The notes under the pieces: model-generated | What the model was told of the DNA's origin: nothing | Seen by the model: only the letters and a program-made list of their open reading frames with translations | Databases searched by the model: none | Program-made: the position numbers and the translations under genes | Shown: piece by piece, positions 33,729 to 43,505 of the stretch | Position numbering within the stretch: position 1 is the stretch's first letter | How the letters are laid out: every line of letters starts with the position of its first letter | DNA from: an uncultured Rhizobiaceae bacterium | GTDB taxonomy: Bacteria; Pseudomonadota; Alphaproteobacteria; SMXQ01 | Assembly (NCBI GenBank): GCA_964577835.1 | Contig: CAZOBN010000003.1 | Coordinates: 490-64,489 of the forward strand | Direction of reading: 5' to 3' | Length of the DNA stretch: 64,000 bases

Positions 33729-34661
33729 TCACGCTTTCAACCAGCGCCAGCCGTCGCCACGATGGCCAAAATCGAATGTCGCGGGATGCAGAATCTCGGC
33801 GAGGATTTCCGCCGAGTCGGCGAGGCGCGGCCCCGGCCGGTTGAAATAGCGGTTGCCGTCGGCGACCGCGACACGCCCGCCGCCCACAGCGCGCAGAGTC
33901 TGCCAGCCATCGCGACCGGCCAAGGCGCTCATCTCCGCGTGGGTGCGCGCCAGATCGAACCCGCACGGCATGGCGACGATCGCATCGGGATCGCTCGCGA
34001 CGATTTGGTCCCATCGCAGCCAAGGCGAATGAGCGCCCGCAACGCCGAACAGGTTTTCGCCGCCCGCCGCCGCGATCAGCTCCGGCACCCAATTGCCCGC
34101 CGTCATCAGCGGCTCGATCCATTCGATGGTGGCGACGCGTGGCCGTTCGGCAACCGCGGTCGTCCGCGCCGCCAGCGCCGCGATGCGGCTCGTCATGCGG
34201 TCCGCCAGCTTGTCGCCCTCGGCGGCGCGGCCGATGGCCGCGGCGATGGTGCGAAAACTGTCGGCCACCTCGGCGATGGTCGCCGGCGTCAGGCTGACGA
34301 CCTGCGGCGCTGCGCCGAGCCATTCGGCTAGCGCGCCGCGCAGATCGCTCTCCGAAACCGCGCAGACTTCGCATTGCGACTGGGTGACGATCAGGTCGGG
34401 CTGGAGCGCGCGCAGCCGCGCCGCGTCCACCTTGTAGATTCCGAGAGCCTGCTCGATCAGCATCGTGATGTCGCGATGAATGGCGGCAGAATCGCCCGCC
34501 AGAGGACGCTTCAGCGCGGTACAGGCCGGAAGCTGCGCAACGGATGGCGGAAAATCGCACTCGTGAGAGCGACCGACGAGGGCGTCAGCCGCGCCGAGTG
34601 CGGCGACGATCTCGGTGGCGCTCGGCAGCAGGGAGACAATGCGGGGCAAGGCGTTGACCAT
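33729..34661 (-). CDS. Cobalamin/siderophore-type periplasmic-binding-fold protein (BtuF-like)
   Basis: MVNALPRIVSLLPSATEIVAALGAADALVGRSHECDFPP.... There is no obvious signal peptide from ATG 34661. Confidence 0.7.
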   Translation of the reverse strand: MVNALPRIVSLLPSATEIVAALGAADALVGRSHECDFPPSVAQLPACTALKRPLAGDSAAIHRDITMLIEQALGIYKVDAARLRALQPDLIVTQSQCEVCAVSESDLRGALAEWLGAAPQVVSLTPATIAEVADSFRTIAAAIGRAAEGDKLADRMTSRIAALAARTTAVAERPRVATIEWIEPLMTAGNWVPELIAAAGGENLFGVAGAHSPWLRWDQIVASDPDAIVAMPCGFDLARTHAEMSALAGRDGWQTLRAVGGGRVAVADGNRYFNRPGPRLADSAEILAEILHPATFDFGHRGDGWRWLKA

Positions 34662-34732
34662 GGCGGCAGACTGGCCCGTGGTTGCGCGCGCCGCAAGGGA
34701 ATGGTTCACTCGGCGGCAATGGGAGGCCGAGG

Positions 34733-34930
34733 ATGACACGCACCATCGACGCGGAGTTGCGCGAACGGCTGGAGATGGCCGGCTGCTATCCCAAGCGCGT
34801 GACCCCCGGAGGCGGCGAGATCTGGTTCTCGCCCCATCTCAACCGCGATTTCACCGTCGAGCGCCGCATCGCCGACGCGGCCGCCGCCAACGCCGCCCTG
34901 CGCCGCGCCGGCATGGAAGAAGCATTCTAG
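34733..34930 (+). CDS. Small hypothetical protein with HicA/YcfA-like pattern
   Basis: GGGAGG SD + ATG 34733, with high third-position G+C. MTRTIDAELRERLEMAGCYPKRVTPGGGEIWFSPHLNRDFTVERRIADAAAANAALRRAGMEEAF. Confidence 0.5.
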   Translation: MTRTIDAELRERLEMAGCYPKRVTPGGGEIWFSPHLNRDFTVERRIADAAAANAALRRAGMEEAF

Positions 34931-35037
34931 GTCGCCCGCGCGGCCACGTCCTATGTTCGACGGAGTGGCCAAGGCGGGACGATTGCGCTTATAAAAGCCA
35001 GTAAGCCGCGCGAGACGGCGGTTGAGGGGGAAATTTC

Positions 35038-36111
35038 ATGTTGCTGCTGGGTAGTCTGTTGGCGGTTCTGTCCGCCGCCACCTTCGCGCTCAATGGTGCC
35101 ACGGTGCGACGGGGCGTGCTCACCGGCACCGTGTCGCAGGCCATGGCGATCACCGTACCCCTCGGCGTGCCGATGTTCTTTTTCGGCGCCCTCGCCCTCG
35201 GCCACCTTGGCGATATTTTCGGCTTCCCGCCCGAGACCGTCGCCATGCTCGCCGCGGCCGGCATCATTCACTTCGTATGGGGACGCTACTGCAACTACCG
35301 CGCGACCAAGGCGATCGGCGGCAATGCCTCGATCCCTCTGCAGCAGCTCGACTTTCCCTTCAAGCTCGGGCTCGCCATCGTCCTGCTCGGCGAAACGCTG
35401 ACGCCTCTGCGCGTCTTCGGCATCGCGCTGATCATGCTGGGCGGCGCCATCGCCGTTCCCAAGCGGCGCAAGAAAGCCAAGAAGGAACCGTCCGAGGGCG
35501 CCATGGCGGGCACCGGCGCCGCCGATCCGCAGTTGCAGAGCGTCGGGGCCGCGGCCGTGCCAGCCGATACAGGCAAACCCGCAAAGCCCGTGTTCGTGCC
35601 GAACTATCGGGAAGGCTACATCTTCGCCGCGCTGTCGGTCACGGGCTACGGCATCAGCCCGCTGTTCATCCGCGCGGCGCTCGAGGACACGAGCATCGGC
35701 ACCAGCCTCGCGGGCGGCTTCATTTCCTATCTCGCTGCCACCATCGTCATCATGCTGATGTGGCTCAAGCCCGGCCAGTTCCAGCACGTGATCTCGGTCA
35801 ACCGTCAGTCGGTGAAGTGGTTCCTGATGTCGGCGGTGTTCGTCGGCTTCTCGCAGATGACCCGCTACATGGCCCTGGCGTTGGCGCCGATCACCGTCGT
35901 CGCGCCGTTGCAGCGCTCGGCCTCGTTGTTCCGCGTGATTTTCAACTGGCTGATCAACCGGCAATATGAAGTCTTCGAGCGTCGCTTGCTCGTCGGCATC
36001 TTCATCTCCGTGCTCGGTGGCGTGTCGCTCGCGCTGACCACGGATTTCGTGGTCTCGATCCTGTCGTTGCCGGACTTCGCCCGCGAGGCGATGTACTGGA
36101 CCTGGCCGTAA
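35038..36111 (+). CDS. DMT (EamA-type) superfamily transporter
   Basis: 357 aa. Two five-TM halves are separated by a charged insert (PKRRKKAKKEPSEG...). Confidence 0.7.
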   Translation: MLLLGSLLAVLSAATFALNGATVRRGVLTGTVSQAMAITVPLGVPMFFFGALALGHLGDIFGFPPETVAMLAAAGIIHFVWGRYCNYRATKAIGGNASIPLQQLDFPFKLGLAIVLLGETLTPLRVFGIALIMLGGAIAVPKRRKKAKKEPSEGAMAGTGAADPQLQSVGAAAVPADTGKPAKPVFVPNYREGYIFAALSVTGYGISPLFIRAALEDTSIGTSLAGGFISYLAATIVIMLMWLKPGQFQHVISVNRQSVKWFLMSAVFVGFSQMTRYMALALAPITVVAPLQRSASLFRVIFNWLINRQYEVFERRLLVGIFISVLGGVSLALTTDFVVSILSLPDFAREAMYWTWP

Positions 36112-36223
36112 TCGCCGCGAAGGGCAAAAAAGACCGCCCAGCATTTGGCGCTTGCCTTTGCGGCTGGGGTTCTATAATTTAGAACAAATCGTGAACATTC
36201 CAACGAGATTGCAGGAGGGCGTC

Positions 36224-36511
36224 ATGCGTTATCCGAGCTTGATCGTGAGCGTGTTGATGACTGCGGCGGTCGTTTCGCCCGTCTTGAGCCAGCCTTACAA
36301 TTTCTTCGAAACCCGCGAGGAGCTGGAGCGCCGGCGCCAAGCCGAGCAGTATTATTACGAGAAAGAGCAGCAGAAGCGCGGCAACTATCTGAATACGGTG
36401 AAGCCGCGCCCGCTCGGCGAGGCACAGTCCTCATGGACATCGCGCGGCCAGCCCGACAACTTCGCCCCCAACCGTCCGCGCGAATGCCCGCCGAACAACT
36501 ACATTTGCTGA
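36224..36511 (+). CDS. Small secreted protein, hypothetical
   Basis: GGAGGG SD + ATG 36224. Signal peptide MRYPSLIVSVLMTAAVVSPVLSQ, then a charged Tyr/Glu/Gln-rich sequence ending ...CPPNNYIC. Confidence 0.5.
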   Translation: MRYPSLIVSVLMTAAVVSPVLSQPYNFFETREELERRRQAEQYYYEKEQQKRGNYLNTVKPRPLGEAQSSWTSRGQPDNFAPNRPRECPPNNYIC

Positions 36512-36586
36512 TGCGCGCATGGTGAGGCGCGGGGCGACCATGTCGGCTGCCTCGCCGCCTCGCTTCCAATTGGGATGTCGCGTTGG

Positions 36587-36763
36587 GAGCGCCGAGCTCA
36601 GTCGCTAGGGCGTTTTCCGCCGAAGTGGAAACCGGTTCGGCGTAGAAAACGCGATTAAATCAAGACTCGAGAGCATGATCCGATTCCACTGAAACGGATC
36701 ATGCTCTAGGGCATCTGACTTTTAATCAGAGGGTCCCGGGTTCGAATCCCGGCGCGCTCACCA
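36587..36763 (+). pseudogene. tRNA-Lys(UUU) gene interrupted in the D-loop by a MITE
   Basis: 5' piece 36587..36608: GAGCGCC GA GCTC AGTCGCTA G. 3' piece 36710..36763: GGC A TCTGA CTTTTAA TCAGA GGGTC CCGGG TTCGAAT CCCGG CGCGCTC A CCA. The two pieces join to a 76-nt cloverleaf. Confidence 0.7.
36605..36709 (-). mobile_element. 105-bp CTAG-bounded double-hairpin MITE, copy B (inverted relative to A and C)
   Basis: Its reverse complement is essentially identical to copy C (one C/T difference seen near the end). Confidence 0.85.
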
Positions 36764-36769
36764 AAAAAA

Positions 36770-37378
36770 TCACGCAGCGGCGCCGGACACCGCGCTTTCG
36801 ACCAGCCGACGGCGGTCCTCGGGAAGCGTTCGGCTGAGCGCCAGCGCCGCGGCATGGCCCGAGGGCGACATCTTGGCCCAGGTCTTGCGCAGGATGTCGA
36901 CGACCTTGGCGTCGTCATGCTGGCGCGAGAAGTCGGTGAAGAAATTTTCAAGGAAAACCAGGCAGGCCGCGTCTTCGAGCAGTTGCGCCTCGGGGTCGGT
37001 CTTGAGGTTCTCCTTGCGCAGCAACTGGCCGACCCGCGTCACGGTCGCCGCGTCGTAACCGGCTTCGGCCAGGATACCGCCGGCGGTCTTGGCGTGGAAC
37101 GCGGCCAGCGCGCGGCGCCAGCGGTAATAGCCTTGCTTGCCCGCCGGATAGTCGGCGCGCGGGCTGGTCCAGCGGCCGATATGCTGCGCGCGGACGGCGA
37201 GTCGCAGCGCGTCCGACGCGTCGGGCGCCAACTGGCTCAGCCAGTGGCTCATGCGGCGGCCATAATAGAGTTCTTTCGCCAGCGATTGGCCGTCGATCAT
37301 CAAGCGGTTGGGATCGCCGCTGTTGAAAGCGTCGATGCCGGCGATGGCGCGGGTGAATTTGTCGTTCGTTTCGGGCAT
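36770..37378 (-). CDS. DUF4202-family protein
   Basis: MPETNDKFTRAIAGIDAFNSGDPN...RRMSHWLSQLAPDASDALRLAVRAQHIGRW...DAACLVFLE. GAGGAA SD before ATG 37378. Confidence 0.65.
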   Translation of the reverse strand: MPETNDKFTRAIAGIDAFNSGDPNRLMIDGQSLAKELYYGRRMSHWLSQLAPDASDALRLAVRAQHIGRWTSPRADYPAGKQGYYRWRRALAAFHAKTAGGILAEAGYDAATVTRVGQLLRKENLKTDPEAQLLEDAACLVFLENFFTDFSRQHDDAKVVDILRKTWAKMSPSGHAAALALSRTLPEDRRRLVESAVSGAAA

Positions 37379-37428
37379 CGGTTCCTCGCGTCTTGCAATC
37401 CCACGGTGCCGCATACTACATCGTACCC

Positions 37429-38436
37429 ATGGATGTGCGATCCCTTCCCCAGACCATGACGGCCATCGAAATCGCCGAGCCGGGCGGTCCCGAGGTGCTG
37501 CGGCCGAATACGCGGCAGGTGCCGCATATCGGCCCGAACGACGTGCTCATCAAAGTGGCCGCCGCCGGGATCAACCGGCCTGATCTGTTGCAGCGCCAGG
37601 GCGGCTATCCACCGCCCCCGGGCGTCACCGACATTCCCGGGCTCGAGGTCGCCGGCGCGGTGGTCGCGGTCGGCGAGCACGCTTATCCGAAGTGGCATAT
37701 CGGCGACAAGGTCTGCGCCCTGATCGCGGGCGGCGGCTACGCCGAATATTGCGCGGCCCCCGCCGGCCAATGTCTGCCGATTCCGGCGGGGCTGACGCCG
37801 GTCGAAGCGGCGTCCCTGCCGGAAACCTTCTTCACCGTGTGGAGCAATCTGTTCGACCGCGCCCGGCTCACCAGCGGCGAGACCCTGCTGGTGCATGGCG
37901 GATCGAGCGGCATCGGAGTCACCGCGATCCAGCTCGCCACGGCGTTCGGCGTGCGCGTGCTGGTCACCGCCGGCAGTGACGAGAAGTGCGCCGCCTGCCT
38001 GAACCTGGGCGCGGAGCGCGCGATCAACTATCGCAAGCAGGATTTCGTCAAGGAAACGAGAGCCATGACCGACAACCGCGGTGTCGATGTGGTGCTCGAC
38101 ATGGTCGGCGGCGACTATATCGCGCGCAATATCGAGGCGCTGGCCCCCGACGGCCGCATGGTCTTCATCGCCTTCCAGAAGGGCGTGAAATCCGAAATCA
38201 ATTTCCTTCCCATCATGCTCAAGCGCCTGACCCTCACGGGCTCGACGCTGCGGCCGCGCGACGTGTCCTTCAAATCCGCCATAGCGCGCGAACTCGAGGC
38301 CAAGGTGTGGCCTTTGATCGCGTCGCGCGTCGTGCGGCCGGTGGTGCACGCCACCCTGCCGCTCGCCGAGGCCGCCGAGGCGCATCGGATCATGGAAGTC
38401 GGCAATCACGTCGGCAAGATCGTGCTCACGGTCTGA
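37429..38436 (+). CDS. NAD(P)H:quinone oxidoreductase (MDR superfamily, Qor/PIG3-like)
   Basis: AAGINRPDLLQRQGGYPPPPG and VHGGSSGIGVTAIQLA. Start is either ATG 37429 or 37456. Confidence 0.8.
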   Translation: MDVRSLPQTMTAIEIAEPGGPEVLRPNTRQVPHIGPNDVLIKVAAAGINRPDLLQRQGGYPPPPGVTDIPGLEVAGAVVAVGEHAYPKWHIGDKVCALIAGGGYAEYCAAPAGQCLPIPAGLTPVEAASLPETFFTVWSNLFDRARLTSGETLLVHGGSSGIGVTAIQLATAFGVRVLVTAGSDEKCAACLNLGAERAINYRKQDFVKETRAMTDNRGVDVVLDMVGGDYIARNIEALAPDGRMVFIAFQKGVKSEINFLPIMLKRLTLTGSTLRPRDVSFKSAIARELEAKVWPLIASRVVRPVVHATLPLAEAAEAHRIMEVGNHVGKIVLTV

Positions 38437-38456
38437 CCCGGCGTTTCGCCGATCCG

Positions 38457-39575
38457 TCAACCGGCAAATTCCCGCCGCAGTTTTTCCGAATGTTCGCCCA
38501 GCGCCGGCACGCGCCCGAGGCGTGAGGTTTCGCCCGTGACCTGCGCGGGTGGCGCGGGCAGGGCCACGGGACCACTCGACGTTTCGATCACAGTGCGACG
38601 AAGCTGCGGATGAGCCGACAATCCATCCACCCCATTGAGCATGCCATAGGCGATTGCCGCACCGCTCAAGCGGCGCACGGCTTCGTCGCGCGTCAAGGTA
38701 CCGAGCACCGCCGCGATCTCGGCATCCAGCGCCGGGCGGTGGGCAACGCGCGCCGTATTGTCGTGAAAGCGCGGATCGCTCGCCATCGCCGGCTTCCGCA
38801 GGACGTCGGCGCACAGGCGCTGCCATTCGCGCTCGTTCTGAATCGACAGCAGCACCTCGCCATCGGCGAACCGATAGACGCCATAGGGCGCGATGGTCGG
38901 ATGGTTGAGTCCGACTCGCGCCGGCGCCTCGCCGCCGTAATCGAAATGCAGCAGCGGCACCGTCATCCAATCGGCCATGCCGTCGAACAGCGACACTTTG
39001 ATGCCGCTTCCCTCTCCCGTCTGGCCACGGCGGATCAGGGCTTCGAGAATGGCGCTGTAGGCATACAGCCCGGCGGCGATATCGCACACCGACACGCCGA
39101 CGCGGCCCGGCCCTTCCGCACGCCCGGTGATCGCCGCCAGCCCGCTTTCGGCCTGGACCAGGAGATCGTAGGCCTTCATGTCGCGATAAGGTCCGCTCCC
39201 GCCATAGCCGGAGACGTCGCAGGTGATCAGGCGCGGATGGCGGCGGCGCAGATCGCCCGACTCGAAGCCGAGACGGGCCGCGGCGCCCGGCGCCAGGTTC
39301 TGGATGAAGACATCGGCGCGCGCCACCATGCGGGCGAGCAGCGCCGCGTCCTCCGGGTTCTTGACGTCCAGCGCAATCGATTCCTTGCCGCGATTGAGCC
39401 AGACGAAATAGGCGCTCTCGCCATGCACGACATGATCGTAGCTGCGGGCGAAGTCGCCCTCCGGGCGCTCGATCTTGATAACGCGCGCGCCCGCATCGGC
39501 CAATCGCCCGCTCGCCAGCGGCGCGGCGACCGCCTGCTCGAGCGCGAGGACGAGGAGCCCGTCAAGAGCGCCCAT
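38457..39575 (-). CDS. Class III CoA-transferase (CaiB/BaiF family)
   Basis: [38 protein letters not shown]. The start overlaps the nhaA stop by 14 nt. Confidence 0.8.
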   Translation of the reverse strand: MGALDGLLVLALEQAVAAPLASGRLADAGARVIKIERPEGDFARSYDHVVHGESAYFVWLNRGKESIALDVKNPEDAALLARMVARADVFIQNLAPGAAARLGFESGDLRRRHPRLITCDVSGYGGSGPYRDMKAYDLLVQAESGLAAITGRAEGPGRVGVSVCDIAAGLYAYSAILEALIRRGQTGEGSGIKVSLFDGMADWMTVPLLHFDYGGEAPARVGLNHPTIAPYGVYRFADGEVLLSIQNEREWQRLCADVLRKPAMASDPRFHDNTARVAHRPALDAEIAAVLGTLTRDEAVRRLSGAAIAYGMLNGVDGLSAHPQLRRTVIETSSGPVALPAPPAQVTGETSRLGRVPALGEHSEKLRREFAG

Positions 39576-40836
39576 GAGTCGCGGCCTCGTTCACGGGTTT
39601 GCTGTTCGTATCGCTGCCGAGCACGGCGCGCAGGAAGAAGTAGCCGATCAGCGCCGCCACGGTCGAGCCACCGAGAACGCCGATTCGCACCTGGGCCGCC
39701 TGCTCCGGTCCCTGAAACGCCAAGGTGCCGATAAAAAGACTCATGGTGAAACCGATACCGGCGAGAATTGCGACACCGTAGATCTGCGCCCAGTTGGTGC
39801 CCGCCGGCATCCGTCCGACGCCGGTCTTGACCGCCAGCCAGGTCGCGCCGAACACGCCGACCTGCTTGCCGAAGAACAGACCGAGGGCGATGCCGAGCGG
39901 CAACGGCTCGAACAGCGCCACGAGGGACACGCCGGCGAGCGACACGCCGGCGTTGGCGAAAGCGAATAGCGGCAAGATGCCGTAGGCCACCCAAACATGC
40001 AGCCGGTGCTCGATCTCGCCCAATGGGGAGCGTTCCGGGTCGTCCGGATCGCGGGTCGGAATCGCCATGGCGAGCGCCACGCCCGCCAGGGTCGCGTGAA
40101 CGCCGGACTTCAACACGAAGATCCACAGCGCGACGCCGACCAGCACATAGGCCGAGATGCGCATGACCTTCATTTTGTTCAGCGTGAACAGCACAGCGAG
40201 CGCGATACCGGCCAGCGTCAGCGACTCGACGGAGAGATTCGCGGTGTAGAACAGCGCGATGATCACGATGGCGCCGAGGTCGTCGATGATCGCCAGGGCG
40301 GTCAGGAAGACCTTGAGCGAGACCGGTACGCGGGAGCCGAGCAGCGTCAGCACGCCGAGCGCGAAGGCAATATCGGTGGCTGTGGGAATCGCCCAACCGC
40401 GCAGGGCAACATCGTCGCCCCAATTGAGCGCCGCATAGATGACGGCTGGCACGACCATGCCGCCCAGCGCGGCGCTGCAGGGCAACAGGGCCTGATCGCG
40501 GCTGGACAGCTCGCCCTCGCGGATTTCGCGCTTGATCTCCAGACCGACGAGAAGAAAAAAAACCGCCATCAGACCGTCGTTGATCCACAGCAGCAGCGGC
40601 TTGGCGATGCCGAGACCGCCGACCTGGACCGAAACGGGAATATCGAACAGAGCGGTATAGAAATGGCCGAGCGGCGAGTTGGCCATGGCCATCGCCAGCG
40701 CCGCCGCGATGACGAGAATGATGCCGCTCGCCGCCTCGAGACGGAGAAACTCCCGCAGATAGACGATGGGGGTCAGTTTTCCTTTTCGTCGCGCCACGCT
40801 GGCCCTCCCTCTTTCAAGAGGCCGCAGCATGCCCAA
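39562..40836 (-). CDS. nhaA: Na+/H+ antiporter NhaA
   Basis: 424 aa, 11-12 [20 protein letters not shown] and [18 protein letters not shown] are NhaA hallmarks. Confidence 0.85.
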   Translation of the reverse strand: MGMLRPLERGRASVARRKGKLTPIVYLREFLRLEAASGIILVIAAALAMAMANSPLGHFYTALFDIPVSVQVGGLGIAKPLLLWINDGLMAVFFLLVGLEIKREIREGELSSRDQALLPCSAALGGMVVPAVIYAALNWGDDVALRGWAIPTATDIAFALGVLTLLGSRVPVSLKVFLTALAIIDDLGAIVIIALFYTANLSVESLTLAGIALAVLFTLNKMKVMRISAYVLVGVALWIFVLKSGVHATLAGVALAMAIPTRDPDDPERSPLGEIEHRLHVWVAYGILPLFAFANAGVSLAGVSLVALFEPLPLGIALGLFFGKQVGVFGATWLAVKTGVGRMPAGTNWAQIYGVAILAGIGFTMSLFIGTLAFQGPEQAAQVRIGVLGGSTVAALIGYFFLRAVLGSDTNSKPVNEAATHGRS

Positions 40837-40875
40837 AAGGCGCCGCCCAGGCCAGCCTAAAGCAGAATGGCGCGC

Positions 40876-41130
40876 CTATTTGTAGCGCAGCTTGAAAAAC
40901 AGGATCGTCAGCACGAGGACGAGCGTCACCAGATTGGCGAGGATCAGCGGCAGATCGCGGATCATCGCGCCATAGATCAGCCATAGGACGATGCCGGCCG
41001 CGAGAACCAGAAACATCGGCAGGGAGATGTCATGCGTCGACCGGGTGCGCCACGTGCGGACCACCTGCGGCACGAACGCGACCGTCGTCAACGTGGCGGC
41101 GGCAAGTCCGATGAGAGTGATGGAATTCAT
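40876..41130 (-). CDS. SemiSWEET (PQ-loop) transporter
   Basis: 84 aa, three TM. LTTVAFVPQVVRTWRTRST contains the PQ motif. Confidence 0.7.
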   Translation of the reverse strand: MNSITLIGLAAATLTTVAFVPQVVRTWRTRSTHDISLPMFLVLAAGIVLWLIYGAMIRDLPLILANLVTLVLVLTILFFKLRYK

Positions 41131-41238
41131 GGAAGGAGGTCGCGGCTTACAATGTCGTTTGTCTGGTCGGCGATCATCTTGTCGGCGAGAGTGCCGGCGA
41201 GGCAAGGGACAATGGCCGGACGATGGCCGTCGATTCGC

Positions 41239-41670
41239 CTAACGGCCACCGATGTAGTCGCGCAGGGTCGTCGCCTCGGTCTCCAGTTCCATCAGCCGAT
41301 GCTTGACCACGTCGCCGATGCTGACGATGCCGCAGAGCCGGCCGTCGCGCATGACAGGAAGGTGCCGGATACGCCGGCGCGTCATCTGCCGCATCAGCTC
41401 CTCGAGGCTGGTTTCCGGCGTGCAGGTGAACACATGGCGGGTCATGAGGTCCGCGATGCGCGCACCGAGCAGATCGGTGCCGCGCTCGGCAAGACCGTTG
41501 ATCAAGTCACGCTCGGACAGCACCCCCTCGATGTCGCCGCGCGAGCTGGTAACCACGATGGCGCCGATCCGACGCTCGTTCAACGTGCGGATCGCGTCGG
41601 CGATGAGCGCATCCGCGGCCATCGTCACGACATCGGCGCCTTTGTCCTTGAGGATCTGCATGACTTGCAT
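41239..41670 (-). CDS. CBS-domain pair protein
   Basis: GGAGG SD + ATG 41670. IGAIVVTSSRGDIEGVLSERDL and IRHLPVMRDGRLCGIVSIGDVV are the two CBS motifs. Confidence 0.8.
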   Translation of the reverse strand: MQVMQILKDKGADVVTMAADALIADAIRTLNERRIGAIVVTSSRGDIEGVLSERDLINGLAERGTDLLGARIADLMTRHVFTCTPETSLEELMRQMTRRRIRHLPVMRDGRLCGIVSIGDVVKHRLMELETEATTLRDYIGGR

Positions 41671-41817
41671 CGAGCTGCCTCCTTCCAGGCCACACCCGCA
41701 ACACCGCCGCGACGGTTCGGCCCTCGCGGGCGAGTGCGACCATCGGGGATAGCCTATACCGGGGATGAGGCAGCGAAAAGCGCGATGATCCGCAAGGAAC
41801 CGCGGATCTCTGCTCAA

Positions 41818-42210
41818 TCAGCCCAACGCCTTCAGGATGAAGCGGCTCAGGGTCCGCATCGGCACGGGTTTCTCGAGCACCGCAAAGATGTCCAATTGGG
41901 TGGTATTCGCCCGGTACAGCGAAGAGGGATCGCCGGTCATCAGAATGACACGGGGCTTGTAATCGAGATCGGCCATCGCCTGGGCGGCGGCGATGCCATC
42001 GAGGACCGGCATGCGCACGTCCATGATGACGACCGCCGGCCGCGCGGCGCGCATGGTTTCCAGCGCCGCCGACCCCTCTTCCTCCTGCAGCACCTCGATG
42101 CCGAGGTCGGAAAGGGTTTCGGTGAGTTGGAGACGCTGCAGCGGGTCGTCATCTACCACCAGCACAGACCGAGAGGGCTTGGCATTGTGGCTTGCAGCGC
42201 GAACGGTCAT
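41818..42210 (-). CDS. Stand-alone response-regulator receiver domain
   Basis: VLVVDDDPLQRLQ...VIMDVRMPVLDGI...ILMTG, with no output domain. GGGGAGA SD before ATG 42210. Confidence 0.8.
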   Translation of the reverse strand: MTVRAASHNAKPSRSVLVVDDDPLQRLQLTETLSDLGIEVLQEEEGSAALETMRAARPAVVIMDVRMPVLDGIAAAQAMADLDYKPRVILMTGDPSSLYRANTTQLDIFAVLEKPVPMRTLSRFILKALG

Positions 42211-42395
42211 CGATTTTTCTCCCCAGGCAACGAGCACAGTATATGGGCAAAGTTTTCAACAAGGGAACGGACCGTTTTACGTACTCGTCAATGGCAAGTC
42301 GCGGCGGATCTCCGTGGAAAAGGGTTGAATGGAACGGCTTGAGCCCTACACTGCGCCCTCCACGGGGGACTACAGATTGGTACACGTATCCAGCC

Positions 42396-43490
42396 ATGAA
42401 ACAGCTCCCTTTTCCGACTTCGCTTCTTTTCGCCATCATGCTCACGGCTGTCTGCCCCACGAGCGGCGCGGTGGCGGACGACGGCGCGCAGCACCGCGTC
42501 ACACCAGTCGAGGCAGAGACCGAGAGCCAGGCGGCCACCGCCGAAGCAGCCCCACACGACGAGGACCGGCGCGGCACCTGGACCTTCGTCGTGGAAAACG
42601 ACTTGTTCGCCGGCACCGACCGCCACTACACCAATGGCCTCCACCTGAGCTGGCTATCGGCCTCCGACGACGTGCCGGACTCCGCTCGGGTCGTAGCCTC
42701 GTGGCTGCCCTTTCTGCTCGATCCCCAAGGCAAGTGGCGCATCGGCTACAATTTCGGCCAGAGCATGTTCACGCCGACCGACACCAAGATCCGCGAAGCG
42801 CAGCCGAACGACCGGCCCTGGGCCGGCTATCTCTACGGCGGCGTCGCGCTGCTCTCCGAGACGCCGCGCACCCTCGAAACGCTCGAGCTCGACGTCGGCG
42901 TGGTCGGCCCCGCCTCGTTCGCCGAGCAGTCGCAGAAGACATGGCATGAGCTGATCGGCGTCTCCAACCCGGAAGGCTGGAACAATCAGATCAAGAACGA
43001 GCCGACCGTGGCGCTGATCTACGAACGGAAATGGCGCGAGGAGCTCTGGCGTTTCGCCGTTCCCGACAGCGATCTCGGCATCGATGTCACGCCCCATGTC
43101 GGCGCGACACTCGGCAATGTCTTCACCTATGCGGCGACCGGCCTCGGATTTCGCATCGGCGAGGATCTGCCGGCCGACTTCGGACCGCCACGGATCCGGC
43201 CCAGCCTGCCCGGCTCGGGCTTCTTCGAGCTCGACGATCGCTTCGGATGGTATTTTTTCGCCTCGGCCGAAGGGCGCGCGGTCGCCCGCAACATCTTCCT
43301 GGACGGCAATACCTTCACCGACAGCGCCAGCGTCGACAAGCTGCCGTTCGTCGCGGATATGCAGGTCGGCCTGGCCTTCATGGTGGACCAGGCACGCATC
43401 GGTATCGCGCAGGTCTACCGCACGCGCGAGTTCCGCACGCAGAATGCGCCCGACCGCTTCGGCGTCGTCAGCCTGTCGTTGAAATTCTGA
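42396..43490 (+). CDS. lpxR: Lipid A deacylase LpxR-family outer-membrane protein
   Basis: Signal peptide MKQLPFPTSLLFAIMLTAVCPTSGAVA. TWTFVVENDLFAGTDRHYTNGLHLSW is typical of the LpxR/DUF2219 family. Confidence 0.7.
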   Translation: MKQLPFPTSLLFAIMLTAVCPTSGAVADDGAQHRVTPVEAETESQAATAEAAPHDEDRRGTWTFVVENDLFAGTDRHYTNGLHLSWLSASDDVPDSARVVASWLPFLLDPQGKWRIGYNFGQSMFTPTDTKIREAQPNDRPWAGYLYGGVALLSETPRTLETLELDVGVVGPASFAEQSQKTWHELIGVSNPEGWNNQIKNEPTVALIYERKWREELWRFAVPDSDLGIDVTPHVGATLGNVFTYAATGLGFRIGEDLPADFGPPRIRPSLPGSGFFELDDRFGWYFFASAEGRAVARNIFLDGNTFTDSASVDKLPFVADMQVGLAFMVDQARIGIAQVYRTREFRTQNAPDRFGVVSLSLKF

Positions 43491-43505
43491 CGGATGAGCG
43501 CCGGG

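Noticed and set aside
34662-35037. Possible cobalamin riboswitch upstream of the BtuF-like gene (GUCCCGCC...GGCCACU on the minus strand).
   Set aside because: The elements are in the wrong order and wrongly spaced, and the B12-box match is poor. The region is better explained by a well-formed plus-strand small CDS (34733..34930) with a strong SD and coding-like third-position G+C.
36710-36763. The 3' tRNA-Lys fragment taken as an attL/attR scar of an integrated genomic island.
   Set aside because: The missing 5' part of the tRNA lies exactly on the other side of the 105-bp MITE. No integrase is present and there is no compositional shift in the downstream genes. MITE insertion explains the fragment fully.
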